Below are positions 26,985-35,544 of a stretch of 55,449 bases of DNA, one piece after another (position 1 is the first letter of the stretch; each line of letters opens with the position of its first letter). Origin of the DNA: an uncultured delta proteobacterium (GTDB taxonomy: Bacteria; Desulfobacterota; WTBG01; CAIYCZ01; CAIRTM01); NCBI GenBank assembly GCA_903911225.1, contig CAIWCT010000453.1, positions 1-55,449 on the forward strand. Direction: 5' to 3'. The notes beneath the pieces were generated by a model. The model had not been told where the DNA came from. It did not search any database and was given only the letters and a program-made list of their open reading frames with translations. Both the position numbers and the translations under genes were made by a program.

Positions 26985-27497
26985 ATGAAAAAAATTTTAT
27001 TCTTCACACTAATTGTTTTTGCTGCATCAACGCTTGCTGCTTTTGCGCAGGATGATATTAAGCAGACGCCCAACTGCAAGTATTGCGGCATGGACAGGCA
27101 GATGTTCAGTCATAGCAGGATGCTTATAAATTATGACGATGGGTCGTTTATTGGGACTTGCAGCCTGCACTGTTCAGCGCTGGATTTGGGGCTGACTCTG
27201 GACAAGACGCCGAAGGCTATCATGGTTGCCGATTACGGCACAAAAAAGCTGATTGATGCCGAGAAAGCCATGTGGGTCATTGGCGGCAGCGTTCAGGGAG
27301 TAATGACCAGAAATGCTAAATGGGCCTTTGAAAACAAAATGGGTGCCGAAAAGTTCATCAAACAGAACGGCGGCGCCCTTGCCACTTTTGATGAAGCCAT
27401 CAAGCAGGCCTATGAGGAGATGTACCAGGATACGAAGATGATCCGGGATAAACGCAAAATGAAAAAAATGATGGAAAATAAAAAACCGGCATCCTGA
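26985..27497 (+). CDS. NosL family exported metal (Cu)-binding protein
   Basis: Signal peptide, CKYCGM, CSLHC, GVM. Confidence 0.8.
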   Translation: MKKILFFTLIVFAASTLAAFAQDDIKQTPNCKYCGMDRQMFSHSRMLINYDDGSFIGTCSLHCSALDLGLTLDKTPKAIMVADYGTKKLIDAEKAMWVIGGSVQGVMTRNAKWAFENKMGAEKFIKQNGGALATFDEAIKQAYEEMYQDTKMIRDKRKMKKMMENKKPAS

Positions 27498-27804
27498 TAT
27501 TCTGTATTGTTGGGATTTTTTATGGGGCTCCCGCTCGGTTACTTCCATTACAAATGCGCTCGATGCAGAAGTCACTTGTTTTTTAAACAGCAAAGGGTTC
27601 GGTTTGTTTTCTTGTTTGATTTAAACGGGCACCGGAGGGCTTGTGGATAGAATAATCCAGCGCCCTTATAATTCCCAACGCCTGCATAAAACTGGCAATA
27701 AATCTTATTTTTGGGGCACACTCGTAAAACAGAGAGCGTTTTGCCGGATGCCTCTATGGCCTTATGCATAGTTAAAGACAAATTAATTTGAGATAAGGAG
27801 TTAT

Positions 27805-28422
27805 ATGAAATGCGCACGATGTAAAACCGTTGACTGCTATACCATAGGCAAAGACTGCACTGACCGCAAAGACGAGATTTCCGGGCTGTATAAAGAAGAT
27901 CCAGAGGCGCTTGCGATCATGGGAGCCGCAGCGGCGCTGGAGGCCGAGGGCTATATGCTGCTGCCGCGTGTGCAGGAGGTGATACTGTTCGGCCAAAAGA
28001 TGGGCTACCGGCATCTAGGCATGGCCTTTTGCGCTGGGCTGCACCGTGAGGCGCGGCTGCTGGAGGAGCTGCTGGCACCGCACTTCGAGATCACCTCTGC
28101 CTGCTGCAAGGTCTGCGGCATTGCAAAAGAAGATTTTGACCTGCCGAAATTGCGCGATAATCCCGCTGAGGTCATGTGCAACCCCCTGGGCCAGGCCGAT
28201 ATTTTAAACCGCGCTGGAGCAGAGATGAACCTTCTGGTCGGCCTGTGCGTCGGCCACGACATGATATTTAATAAATATTCGAAAGCTCCCGTAACAACGG
28301 TTATCGTTAAGGATCGCGTACTTGCCCATAATCCGGCCGGGGCTCTGTATACTCACTACTGGATGCGAATCATCAAGGAAAACAAACTCATTGAGAAAGG
28401 AACATTAGGCGATGACAAATGA
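27805..28422 (+). CDS. DUF1847 family Cys-rich metal-binding protein
   Basis: GMAFCAGL, CCKV, MCNPLGQA, GLCVGHD, KDRVLAHNP. Confidence 0.88.
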   Translation: MKCARCKTVDCYTIGKDCTDRKDEISGLYKEDPEALAIMGAAAALEAEGYMLLPRVQEVILFGQKMGYRHLGMAFCAGLHREARLLEELLAPHFEITSACCKVCGIAKEDFDLPKLRDNPAEVMCNPLGQADILNRAGAEMNLLVGLCVGHDMIFNKYSKAPVTTVIVKDRVLAHNPAGALYTHYWMRIIKENKLIEKGTLGDDK

Positions 28423-28759
28423 GGTGCAGGATTTTTTTAGAGACATTGCCAAGGCGCGGCAGAAATTGGCTAAACATATACCTGATACCTATAAATCCTT
28501 TACCGGACTCCACGACAATGTAATGGAACCCGGCGCTCTTGACAAAAAGCAGAAAGAGCTGATCGCGCTGGGGATTGCCGTTGCCAGCCACTGCAAGCCC
28601 TGCATCTATCAGCACACGCAGGCTGCCGTGCAGGAGGGCGCCACCGCCACAGAAGTGCTTGAGGCAGCAGGCGTGGCGGTTCTCATGGCCGGCGGTCCGG
28701 CCTTCGCGCATTTGCCCGAAATCCTAAAGGTCTTCGATGTTCTGGGGGTGAAATATTAA
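28412..28759 (+). CDS. Carboxymuconolactone decarboxylase/AhpD family protein
   Basis: GALDKKQKELIALGIAV, CKPCIYQH, MAGGPA. Confidence 0.88.
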   Translation: MTNEVQDFFRDIAKARQKLAKHIPDTYKSFTGLHDNVMEPGALDKKQKELIALGIAVASHCKPCIYQHTQAAVQEGATATEVLEAAGVAVLMAGGPAFAHLPEILKVFDVLGVKY

Positions 28760-28869
28760 AAATTTTCCTGAGCCGGAAGCTGATACAATACCCGGCACAG
28801 AGCCTTTAGTGATCATTTCGGTTTATTAAGTTTTATTTTCATTGCTTTTTTTGATAAAAAGATATATTT

Positions 28870-28883
28870 TTGGCATTTGCCAA
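28870..28883. promoter_or_regulatory. Palindromic operator upstream of the DUF134 gene
   Basis: TTGGCATTTGCCAA shares a GCATWTGC core with the operator at 10474. Confidence 0.5.
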
Positions 28884-28897
28884 TATGGAAATTTTCA

Positions 28898-29323
28898 ATG
28901 TCACGACCCCAAAAATACCGTCATGTGCAATGTACCCCAGATGCTCTTTATTTTAAGCCCCGTGCCGTGCCCCTGTGTAATCTGGAAGAATTAGCTCTCA
29001 CCTTTGATGAGCTGGAGGCCATGCGGCTTGCCGACCTGGAGGGGCTTTATCAGAAAAATGCCGCCGCCAGAATGCAGATATCCCGGCAGACCTTCGGCAA
29101 TATCGTAAAAACAGCACGCAGGATAGTAGCCGATGCCTTAGTGAACGGTAAGGCAATCCGCATTGAAGGCGGCGTTTGTTCGGTGGCGAAAAAAGAAGGG
29201 TTTATCTGCGATGATTGTTCTCATACTTGGGTGGGTGATGCAATAAACGACATCTGCCCCAAGTGTAAAAGCGGGAGTCTGGCCCGAACCCGAGAACCCA
29301 TAACCAAGCCTAAGATGCCATGA
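28898..29323 (+). CDS. DUF134 family predicted DNA-binding protein with C-terminal zinc ribbon
   Basis: MSRPQK, YFKP, DELEAMRLADLEGL, ISRQTF, ALVNGKAIRIEGG, two CxxC. Confidence 0.9.
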   Translation: MSRPQKYRHVQCTPDALYFKPRAVPLCNLEELALTFDELEAMRLADLEGLYQKNAAARMQISRQTFGNIVKTARRIVADALVNGKAIRIEGGVCSVAKKEGFICDDCSHTWVGDAINDICPKCKSGSLARTREPITKPKMP

Positions 29324-29424
29324 CCGGCGGACTATAGGCAGGTATATTTTTTTGACTGCCGTAGGGCATTTTTTGAAATTATATAGTAAACTAATAAGAT
29401 ATGAAGACAGAAGGACTTAAAAGC

Positions 29425-30231
29425 ATGACCGAAACAATTGTAGTTATACGTGGCGCAGGCGACCTTGCAACGGGTGTGGCCCACCGCCTGCACCGCAGCG
29501 GTTTTAAAGTGCTGCTGCTGGAAGTGGCCCAGCCGCTGGTTGTGCGGCGGACCGTGTCTTTTGCCCAGGCTGTAATCGATGGGGAGACAGCGGTTGAAGA
29601 TGTGCGGGCACGGAAAGTGGCTGGCATCGATGAGATCAAAAAAGCATGGCAGCAGGCCGTCATCCCCGTGCTGGTTGATCCGGGAGCAAATATTTTAAAA
29701 GAGCTTAAAGCTGATGTCGTTGTTGATGCCACGCTTGCCAAGCGAGATACGGGTATGCGGCGGGATATGGCGCCGCTCACCATTGCCCTCGGCCCGGGAT
29801 TTGAGGCGGGCAAACAGGCCCATGTCGTTATTGAAACAAACCGGGGGCACGATATGGGGCGGCTGATTTTCAAAGGTGCTGCAGAGCCAGACACCGGTAC
29901 GCCCGGCCTGGTCAAGGGGTATGCAGCCGAGCGTGTGCTGCGCTCGCCCTGCGCAGGCGCGGTCAAACATGTTGTGGATATCGGCGCCCGGGTCAAAAAG
30001 GGCGACAGGATCTGCTCTGTTGAGGACAAACCGGTGCTGGCTCAATTTGACGGCGTAGTTCGCGGCCTTATCATGAATGGCCGGGAAGTGCCGCAGGGCC
30101 TGAAGATCGGCGATGTCGACCCCCGCATAGACACCAACTGCTATACAATTTCCGACAAGGCACGCGCCCTTGGCGGCTCGGTGCTTGAATCGATTCTTAT
30201 GTGGAAAAGCGGCGCTCTGGGTGTCTGCTGA
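29425..30231 (+). CDS. yqeB: YqeB, copy 2
   Basis: About 16 aa differences over 268 aa versus copy 1 (manual comparison). Confidence 0.9.
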   Translation: MTETIVVIRGAGDLATGVAHRLHRSGFKVLLLEVAQPLVVRRTVSFAQAVIDGETAVEDVRARKVAGIDEIKKAWQQAVIPVLVDPGANILKELKADVVVDATLAKRDTGMRRDMAPLTIALGPGFEAGKQAHVVIETNRGHDMGRLIFKGAAEPDTGTPGLVKGYAAERVLRSPCAGAVKHVVDIGARVKKGDRICSVEDKPVLAQFDGVVRGLIMNGREVPQGLKIGDVDPRIDTNCYTISDKARALGGSVLESILMWKSGALGVC

Positions 30232-30268
30232 AGATAAACATTCCTATTATCAAATGAAAAGAGGCATG

Positions 30269-31150
30269 ATGAAGACTTTAAATTCCGTAGATGAAATCAA
30301 GAAGGCACTAAAGCAGGAGAGTTATATCTGCGATGACCCGCTCGCCTTCACGATCTATCTGGCATTGCAGATGGAAAAGCCGCTGCTGCTTGAAGGTGAG
30401 CCCGGTGTGGGTAAAACCGAAATCGCCAAGGTGCTTGCTGCGGTGCTCGGGCGCAAGCTTATTCGCCTGCAATGCTATGAAGGGCTTGACGCCACCTCCA
30501 CAATCTATGAATGGAATTACGCCAAGCAGCTTTTAAAAATCAAAGCTCTCGATACAACCGCCGGGGGTCATGTTGAAAATGTTTTTACCGAGGAATTTCT
30601 CATCCCCCGGCCACTGCTTCAGGCTGTGCGGGGAGAGGAAAAGGTGGTGCTCCTGATCGATGAGGTCGACCGGGCCGACGAGGAGTTCGAGGCATTTCTG
30701 CTTGAAATACTCTCCGATTTCCAAGTTACCATTCCTGAAATGGGAACAGTGAAAGCCAAACACAAGCCCATTGTTATTATTACCTCAAACCGCGTCCGCG
30801 AGCTACACGATGCGCTCAAGCGCCGCTGCCTGTATCATTTTATCGACTATCCGACCATCGAGCGAGAGCGGGAGATCATACTGGCGAAAATCCCCAATAT
30901 TGAAGCTACCCTTGCCAAGAAAATATCGCGCATCATGGCAACACTTCGGGAGCAGGAGTTTTACAAGCGGCCCGGCGTTGCGGAAACGCTTGACTGGTCT
31001 CAGGCCCTCACCTTTCTAGAGAAAGACGAGATAGACGAGCTCACCATGGATATGACCTCGGGCTGCCTGTTTAAATTCAAGGAAGACGTGAAGAAATTCA
31101 AGGACCTGTCAACCACGGTTTTGATTCATGCAGAGACTAAAATCGAATGA
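30269..31150 (+). CDS. coxD: MoxR family AAA+ ATPase, CoxD-like
   Basis: LLLEGEPGVGKTE, RLQCYEGLD, YEWNY, LIDEVDRAD, LHDALKRRC; start could be 30266. Confidence 0.88.
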   Translation: MKTLNSVDEIKKALKQESYICDDPLAFTIYLALQMEKPLLLEGEPGVGKTEIAKVLAAVLGRKLIRLQCYEGLDATSTIYEWNYAKQLLKIKALDTTAGGHVENVFTEEFLIPRPLLQAVRGEEKVVLLIDEVDRADEEFEAFLLEILSDFQVTIPEMGTVKAKHKPIVIITSNRVRELHDALKRRCLYHFIDYPTIEREREIILAKIPNIEATLAKKISRIMATLREQEFYKRPGVAETLDWSQALTFLEKDEIDELTMDMTSGCLFKFKEDVKKFKDLSTTVLIHAETKIE

Positions 31151-32379
31151 AAGTACTTCTTGTCCCCGTTGAAGCGCAGAAAAAGCTTGAAGCGCAGAAA
31201 AAGAAGCAGGACAGCGTTACCATTGAGCAGCGCACGGCGTCGCTTATCCAGCGCATTATCAAGTTTGCAAAACTGCTGCGCATAAATAAAGTGCCCGTTC
31301 ATACCTCAAATGAGCGGGACGCCATCTCGGCCCTTGCTCATATCGATATTAACAGCCGCTTTGAGTTTTATATGGCCCTGCGGACCAATATGCTCATGAG
31401 CCAAAAGTACCGGGCGGCTTTTGATGTTATGTTTCTGCAGTTCTGGCGCACCGGGGTGAGCATTCCCAAGAAATACGGTGGCAGCAATGACGAGCCCGAT
31501 GACAATAACTCCACCGTTGATAAAGAGAACAAATCACCCGAGGATGAAGAGGACGGCAACCCCAAAAAAGATTCCAAAAAGCTGAGCAATCAGTACGAAG
31601 AGATCGCCGTGCCGACCTACTCTCTCGGCCAGTCTCTGCGGGAGAAGGATTTCGAGTTGATCACGGCCTATGAGGTTGCCCTGTTCGATGAGATTTTTCG
31701 AAATTTCAGGATTACCGTAAAAGAAAAGCTCGGGCGGCGGTTCAAGCCCAGCAATAAGGGAAAAATGATCGATCTGCGCCGCTCGATCCGCCAGTCAACA
31801 CAGCGGGGCGGGGAAATTATGCAGATACTGACCAAACAGCGCAAGCCCCGGGAGTCCAAGCTGGTGCTGCTTGCCGACGTGAGCGGCTCCATGGACATCT
31901 ACAGCCGCTTTCTTATCAAATTCACGTACAGCCTTCAGAAATATTTGCGCGATACCGAAACCTTTGTCTTCGGCACCCAGCTCATGCGCATCAGCGATAT
32001 ATTGAGCAACCGCAGGCTTGAATCGGCCATGTCGATTTTGTCGAAAAAAGTGCAGTTCTGGTCGGGCGGCACGGATATCGGCGGCTGCTTTGCCGAGTTT
32101 AACGAGCACTTTGGCGGCAAGCTCCGCAAGCGCAACCGCATACTGGTTATTTTGAGCGATGGCTGGGACAAGGGCGATGCCGAACTGCTAAAAAAACAGA
32201 TGGTCCTTTTCAAGCGCGGCTTCCGAAAAATAATCTGGCTCAACCCGAATCTGAAATACGACCGCTATGAGCCGTTATGCCTTGGCATGTCTACAGCCAT
32301 GCCGTATGTGGATCATTTTCTGCCCTGCCATAATTTGAAGACACTTGAGCAGTTTATAGAGCTTGTGAAAAATATCTGA
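31147..32379 (+). CDS. coxE: vWA domain protein, CoxE-like
   Basis: DLRRSIR, DVSGSM (MIDAS), WSGGTDIG, LSDGWD, WLNP. Confidence 0.88.
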   Translation: MKVLLVPVEAQKKLEAQKKKQDSVTIEQRTASLIQRIIKFAKLLRINKVPVHTSNERDAISALAHIDINSRFEFYMALRTNMLMSQKYRAAFDVMFLQFWRTGVSIPKKYGGSNDEPDDNNSTVDKENKSPEDEEDGNPKKDSKKLSNQYEEIAVPTYSLGQSLREKDFELITAYEVALFDEIFRNFRITVKEKLGRRFKPSNKGKMIDLRRSIRQSTQRGGEIMQILTKQRKPRESKLVLLADVSGSMDIYSRFLIKFTYSLQKYLRDTETFVFGTQLMRISDILSNRRLESAMSILSKKVQFWSGGTDIGGCFAEFNEHFGGKLRKRNRILVILSDGWDKGDAELLKKQMVLFKRGFRKIIWLNPNLKYDRYEPLCLGMSTAMPYVDHFLPCHNLKTLEQFIELVKNI

Positions 32380-32391
32380 AAGGAATTTCTT

Positions 32392-32847
32392 ATGACGGAT
32401 CCGTTTCAAGAAGATTCATGCGCCTGGGGAGGGGTTGAGGGCGCTCCCAAATTAGATGACCCGGGTGAAGACTGCCCGGCACTGGTGCGCGAGCATGCCA
32501 TTTCCCCCCGCAATTTCGGCGAGATGAGCGACGGGCTTGCCGACGGGTATGCCCTGCTTGATGATCCTGCCTGCGGCGACAAAATAGAATTATGGATTAT
32601 GATCGAGGATGGCCGTATTTTTGACATTCGCTTCAAGTCTAACGGCTGCGCACCAACCATCGCTGTGAACAGCATGCTCACCGAGCTTGCCCTGGGAAAA
32701 ACCATTGCAGAGGCAAAACAGCTTGGCAATACCGATATTGAAGCGGCATTTCAGGGCGGCATTGAGCTTCAGACCGGTTGCCCGCTGGCGAGCATCAGGG
32801 CATTGCAGATGGCAATTGAAGATTTTGAGAAGAAAAAGAAAAGGTAG
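32392..32847 (+). CDS. Divergent IscU/NifU-like scaffold or sulfur-relay protein
   Basis: EHAISPRNFG, PACGD, GCAPT, GCP. Confidence 0.8.
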   Translation: MTDPFQEDSCAWGGVEGAPKLDDPGEDCPALVREHAISPRNFGEMSDGLADGYALLDDPACGDKIELWIMIEDGRIFDIRFKSNGCAPTIAVNSMLTELALGKTIAEAKQLGNTDIEAAFQGGIELQTGCPLASIRALQMAIEDFEKKKKR

Positions 32848-32921
32848 GGGCGACTTCAGTCGCGATTGTATCGCGGATAGTTCTGCGCCTGCATCAGAAA
32901 ATATTTTAAAGGAGAATCATT

Positions 32922-33710
32922 ATGGATATATTTGAAGAAATCGTTGCAGCCAGAAAAGGCAATCAGCCCGTAGTCCTGGCTACCGTCATACAATCCCTGG
33001 GCTCTGCCCCCCGTGAGGATGGCGCCCGGATGCTGGTGCGGCCCGACGGCTCCATTGCCGGCACGATCGGCGGCGGCGCGGTTGAGCAAAAGATCATTGA
33101 AGAAGCCCTTGCCCTCATGAAGGGCGGCTCGTCAAAACTCATCACCTATGAGCTTAAGGATATCGGCATGCAGTGCGGCGGCGGCATGAGCGTCTTTGTC
33201 GAGCCTCTGGTGCCGGCCCCGCAGCTTTTGATTTTCGGTGCCGGCCATATCGGCACCTGTCTCACCCAGATCGGTAAAATGCTGGAATTTAGCGTCACCG
33301 TGGTCGATAATCGGTCGGAGTTTGCCAATGCTGAGCGTTTGCCCTGGGCTGACACAATAATTGCCGAGGAGTATGCGGCTGCAATTGAAAAGGCCGCCTT
33401 CAATGCGCGGACCTATGTCGTCATTTTAACCCATAAGCATAGCCATGATTATGAAGTGCTTGAGATGTGCCTTAAGAAAAACTGGTGCTATCTCGGCATG
33501 ATCGGCAGCCGCGCCAAGGTCGCCAAGGTTTTTGATCAGCTGCGGGCAAAGGGCGTAACCGATGAGCTTATACAAAAAATACATTCGCCGGTCGGGATTA
33601 AGATCGGCGCCAATACGCCCTCCGAGATCGCCATTTCCATACTTGCTGAAATCATTCAGGCCCGCAGCGCAGTAAGTCAGGCGCCGCGCGGCTGCCCCAG
33701 CGAAGCATGA
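32922..33710 (+). CDS. xdhC: XdhC/CoxF family Moco-insertion chaperone
   Basis: GSAPR, GTIGGG, CGG, FGAGHIG, YLGMIGSR, EIAISILAEII. Confidence 0.9.
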   Translation: MDIFEEIVAARKGNQPVVLATVIQSLGSAPREDGARMLVRPDGSIAGTIGGGAVEQKIIEEALALMKGGSSKLITYELKDIGMQCGGGMSVFVEPLVPAPQLLIFGAGHIGTCLTQIGKMLEFSVTVVDNRSEFANAERLPWADTIIAEEYAAAIEKAAFNARTYVVILTHKHSHDYEVLEMCLKKNWCYLGMIGSRAKVAKVFDQLRAKGVTDELIQKIHSPVGIKIGANTPSEIAISILAEIIQARSAVSQAPRGCPSEA

Positions 33711-34477
33711 AGCCGGCAGTAAGCCTGTCTGCAGCGCTAGAGCTTGATCGCAACGCGCCGCTCGTTATCAGTATTGTCGGCGGCGGTGGAAAAACAACGG
33801 CCATGTTCATGCTTGCCCGGGAAATCAAAGCGCTCGGCAAAAAAGTTCTAGTCACCACGACAACCAATATCGGCGTTCCTGAACCGGGGCAATGTGATAT
33901 TTTTATGCTGGAAGGTTGCACCGATCCGGGGCAGCTTGCCGCCATACCTGCTGCAACCATCACCTGCCTTGGAGGCGGGCTTATCGAAGGAGAAATTTGC
34001 AAGGTCAAAAGCGTTGATCCGGCCTTTATCGACGAACTTTATGCGCAAAACCTTTTTGATTGCATTCTTGTTGAAGCAGACGGCGCCAAGCGCAAGCCCA
34101 TAAAAGCTCCGGCCGACTATGAGCCCGTCATTCCGACATCAACCACCCTGGTCATTGGCGTTATAGGTTTAGATTCTCTCGGGAAAGAAGTTTCTGAGGA
34201 AAACATTCACCGCTGCGCGCTTTTTTGTGCTTGCACCGGCAACAAGCCCGGTGAGCTTATCGACAGGGCAAGTATCATACAACTTATTCTTGCGGAAAAA
34301 GGTCTTTTTAAAGGCGCGCCTGCAGCAAGCCGGAAGGTGGTGCTGCTCAATAAAGCCGATACTGCAGAATTGAGGCTACATGCCGAGCAGATCGCACAGG
34401 AAATCCTTAGTTTGGCTGCGCCAGTGCATGGCTGTATTGTCGCATCATTACTGCAGGGCAACTATAAGATATTGTAG
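33707..34477 (+). CDS. yqeC: Selenium cofactor biosynthesis protein YqeC
   Basis: SIVGGGGKTT, VLVTTTT, VEADGAKRKPIKAPADYEPVIP. Confidence 0.9.
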   Translation: MKPAVSLSAALELDRNAPLVISIVGGGGKTTAMFMLAREIKALGKKVLVTTTTNIGVPEPGQCDIFMLEGCTDPGQLAAIPAATITCLGGGLIEGEICKVKSVDPAFIDELYAQNLFDCILVEADGAKRKPIKAPADYEPVIPTSTTLVIGVIGLDSLGKEVSEENIHRCALFCACTGNKPGELIDRASIIQLILAEKGLFKGAPAASRKVVLLNKADTAELRLHAEQIAQEILSLAAPVHGCIVASLLQGNYKIL

Positions 34478-34655
34478 TGGCAGGTTTCAAACCCAATATA
34501 TGTGAATTTAGTTCAGTATATTGCTTCCTCGCCCCCGCGAGGGGGAGAGGACTGAGGTGAGGGGGAATTTTATATCACCCCTCATCCCGACCTTCTCCCG
34601 CAAGGGGAGAAGGAGTTCTTAACTCACAATTATTGGGTTTGAAATCTGCCTCTAC
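34474..34655. repeat. Nested palindromic element: GTAG-family REP-like inverted ends enclosing a GGGGAGAGG/CCTTCTCCC hairpin repeat
   Basis: GTAGTGGCAGGTTTCAAACCCAATA ... TATTGGGTTTGAAATCTGCCTCTAC near-perfect inverted repeat. Confidence 0.75.
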
Positions 34656-34715
34656 TCAGATTGAATTGAACTTAAAGCTCTGTCATTTCGACCGCAGGGA
34701 GAAAGCCTAACAGGT

Positions 34716-35291
34716 ATGATTACCGGCATCATTCTGGCATCAGGCCTTTCCCGACGCATGGGCAGCGATAAGCTGTTGCTGCCGGTGGCCGGAATGCCGC
34801 TCGTGGAGTGCGTCATGCAGGCAGCCGATGCCTCGCAGCTTGATGACATTATCCTTGCTTATCAGAATCTAGCCGTGTGCGAACTCGCCGGGAAATATCG
34901 CATCAGGACAGTCCACAATCCCGATGCTGCACAGGGGCAAAGCGCTTCAGTAAAAGCAGGGGTTCAAGCAGCAGCGGCGGATACCCAGGCTTATATGTTT
35001 TTGACGGGCGATCAACCCCGGATTGATGCCGCGGCAATTAATTTACTTATTAATGCCTGGCGCACCCATAAGGAAAATATTATTATTCCGGTCTTCGGCG
35101 GCAGGCGCGGCAGCCCGGTTGTTTTCCCCGCTCTGCTTCGGGACAAGCTGCTTGATCTTGAAGGCGACACAGGCGGTCGGGCCGTCATCGAGCAATTTCC
35201 CGGCATGGTCTTCACTATAGATATGCCGTCGACCGATACCGGTCTTGATATTGACACCCCTGAAGACTATGAAGCCATGGCGAAGTCCTGA
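34716..35291 (+). CDS. mocA: Molybdenum cofactor cytidylyltransferase (MocA/YgfJ family)
   Basis: ILASGLSRRMGSDKLLL, GQSAS, GDQP, GDTGGR, DIDTPEDY. Confidence 0.85.
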   Translation: MITGIILASGLSRRMGSDKLLLPVAGMPLVECVMQAADASQLDDIILAYQNLAVCELAGKYRIRTVHNPDAAQGQSASVKAGVQAAAADTQAYMFLTGDQPRIDAAAINLLINAWRTHKENIIIPVFGGRRGSPVVFPALLRDKLLDLEGDTGGRAVIEQFPGMVFTIDMPSTDTGLDIDTPEDYEAMAKS

Positions 35292-35298
35292 ACTGATG

Positions 35299-35328
35299 AC
35301 AGCGGCTCAAATGAGCCGCTGTTTTTTT
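35299..35328 (+). terminator. Rho-independent terminator
   Basis: ACAGCGGCTC-AAAT-GAGCCGCTGT followed by a T run. Confidence 0.88.
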
Positions 35329-35544
35329 ATGAATACCATCATAGCTGCAGTGAGGTCGGTTGACAGGAGCGTCTCTTGGTGTTAGTAGTCAACAACGAAC
35401 CGCATGGCGGGTGGCTTGGATGCCCCTACAAGGGGAAGACAAGGGCATATAGTGCCAGGTTCGCTTCTGCCTTCACCGCCAAAGGCGGTGTTTTTAGGCA
35501 GACAACAAAAAAATTTTAGCGATCCCGTTCGAAAACAAAACGCA

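Noticed and set aside
12409-35291. Selenocysteine (TGA) read-through in cluster genes
   Set aside because: The TGA stops inspected fall at natural protein ends; no SECIS was recognised, though this was not checked exhaustively
35404-35544. Longer start for the second sigma54 activator
   Set aside because: The extension translates a hairpin-rich intergenic region
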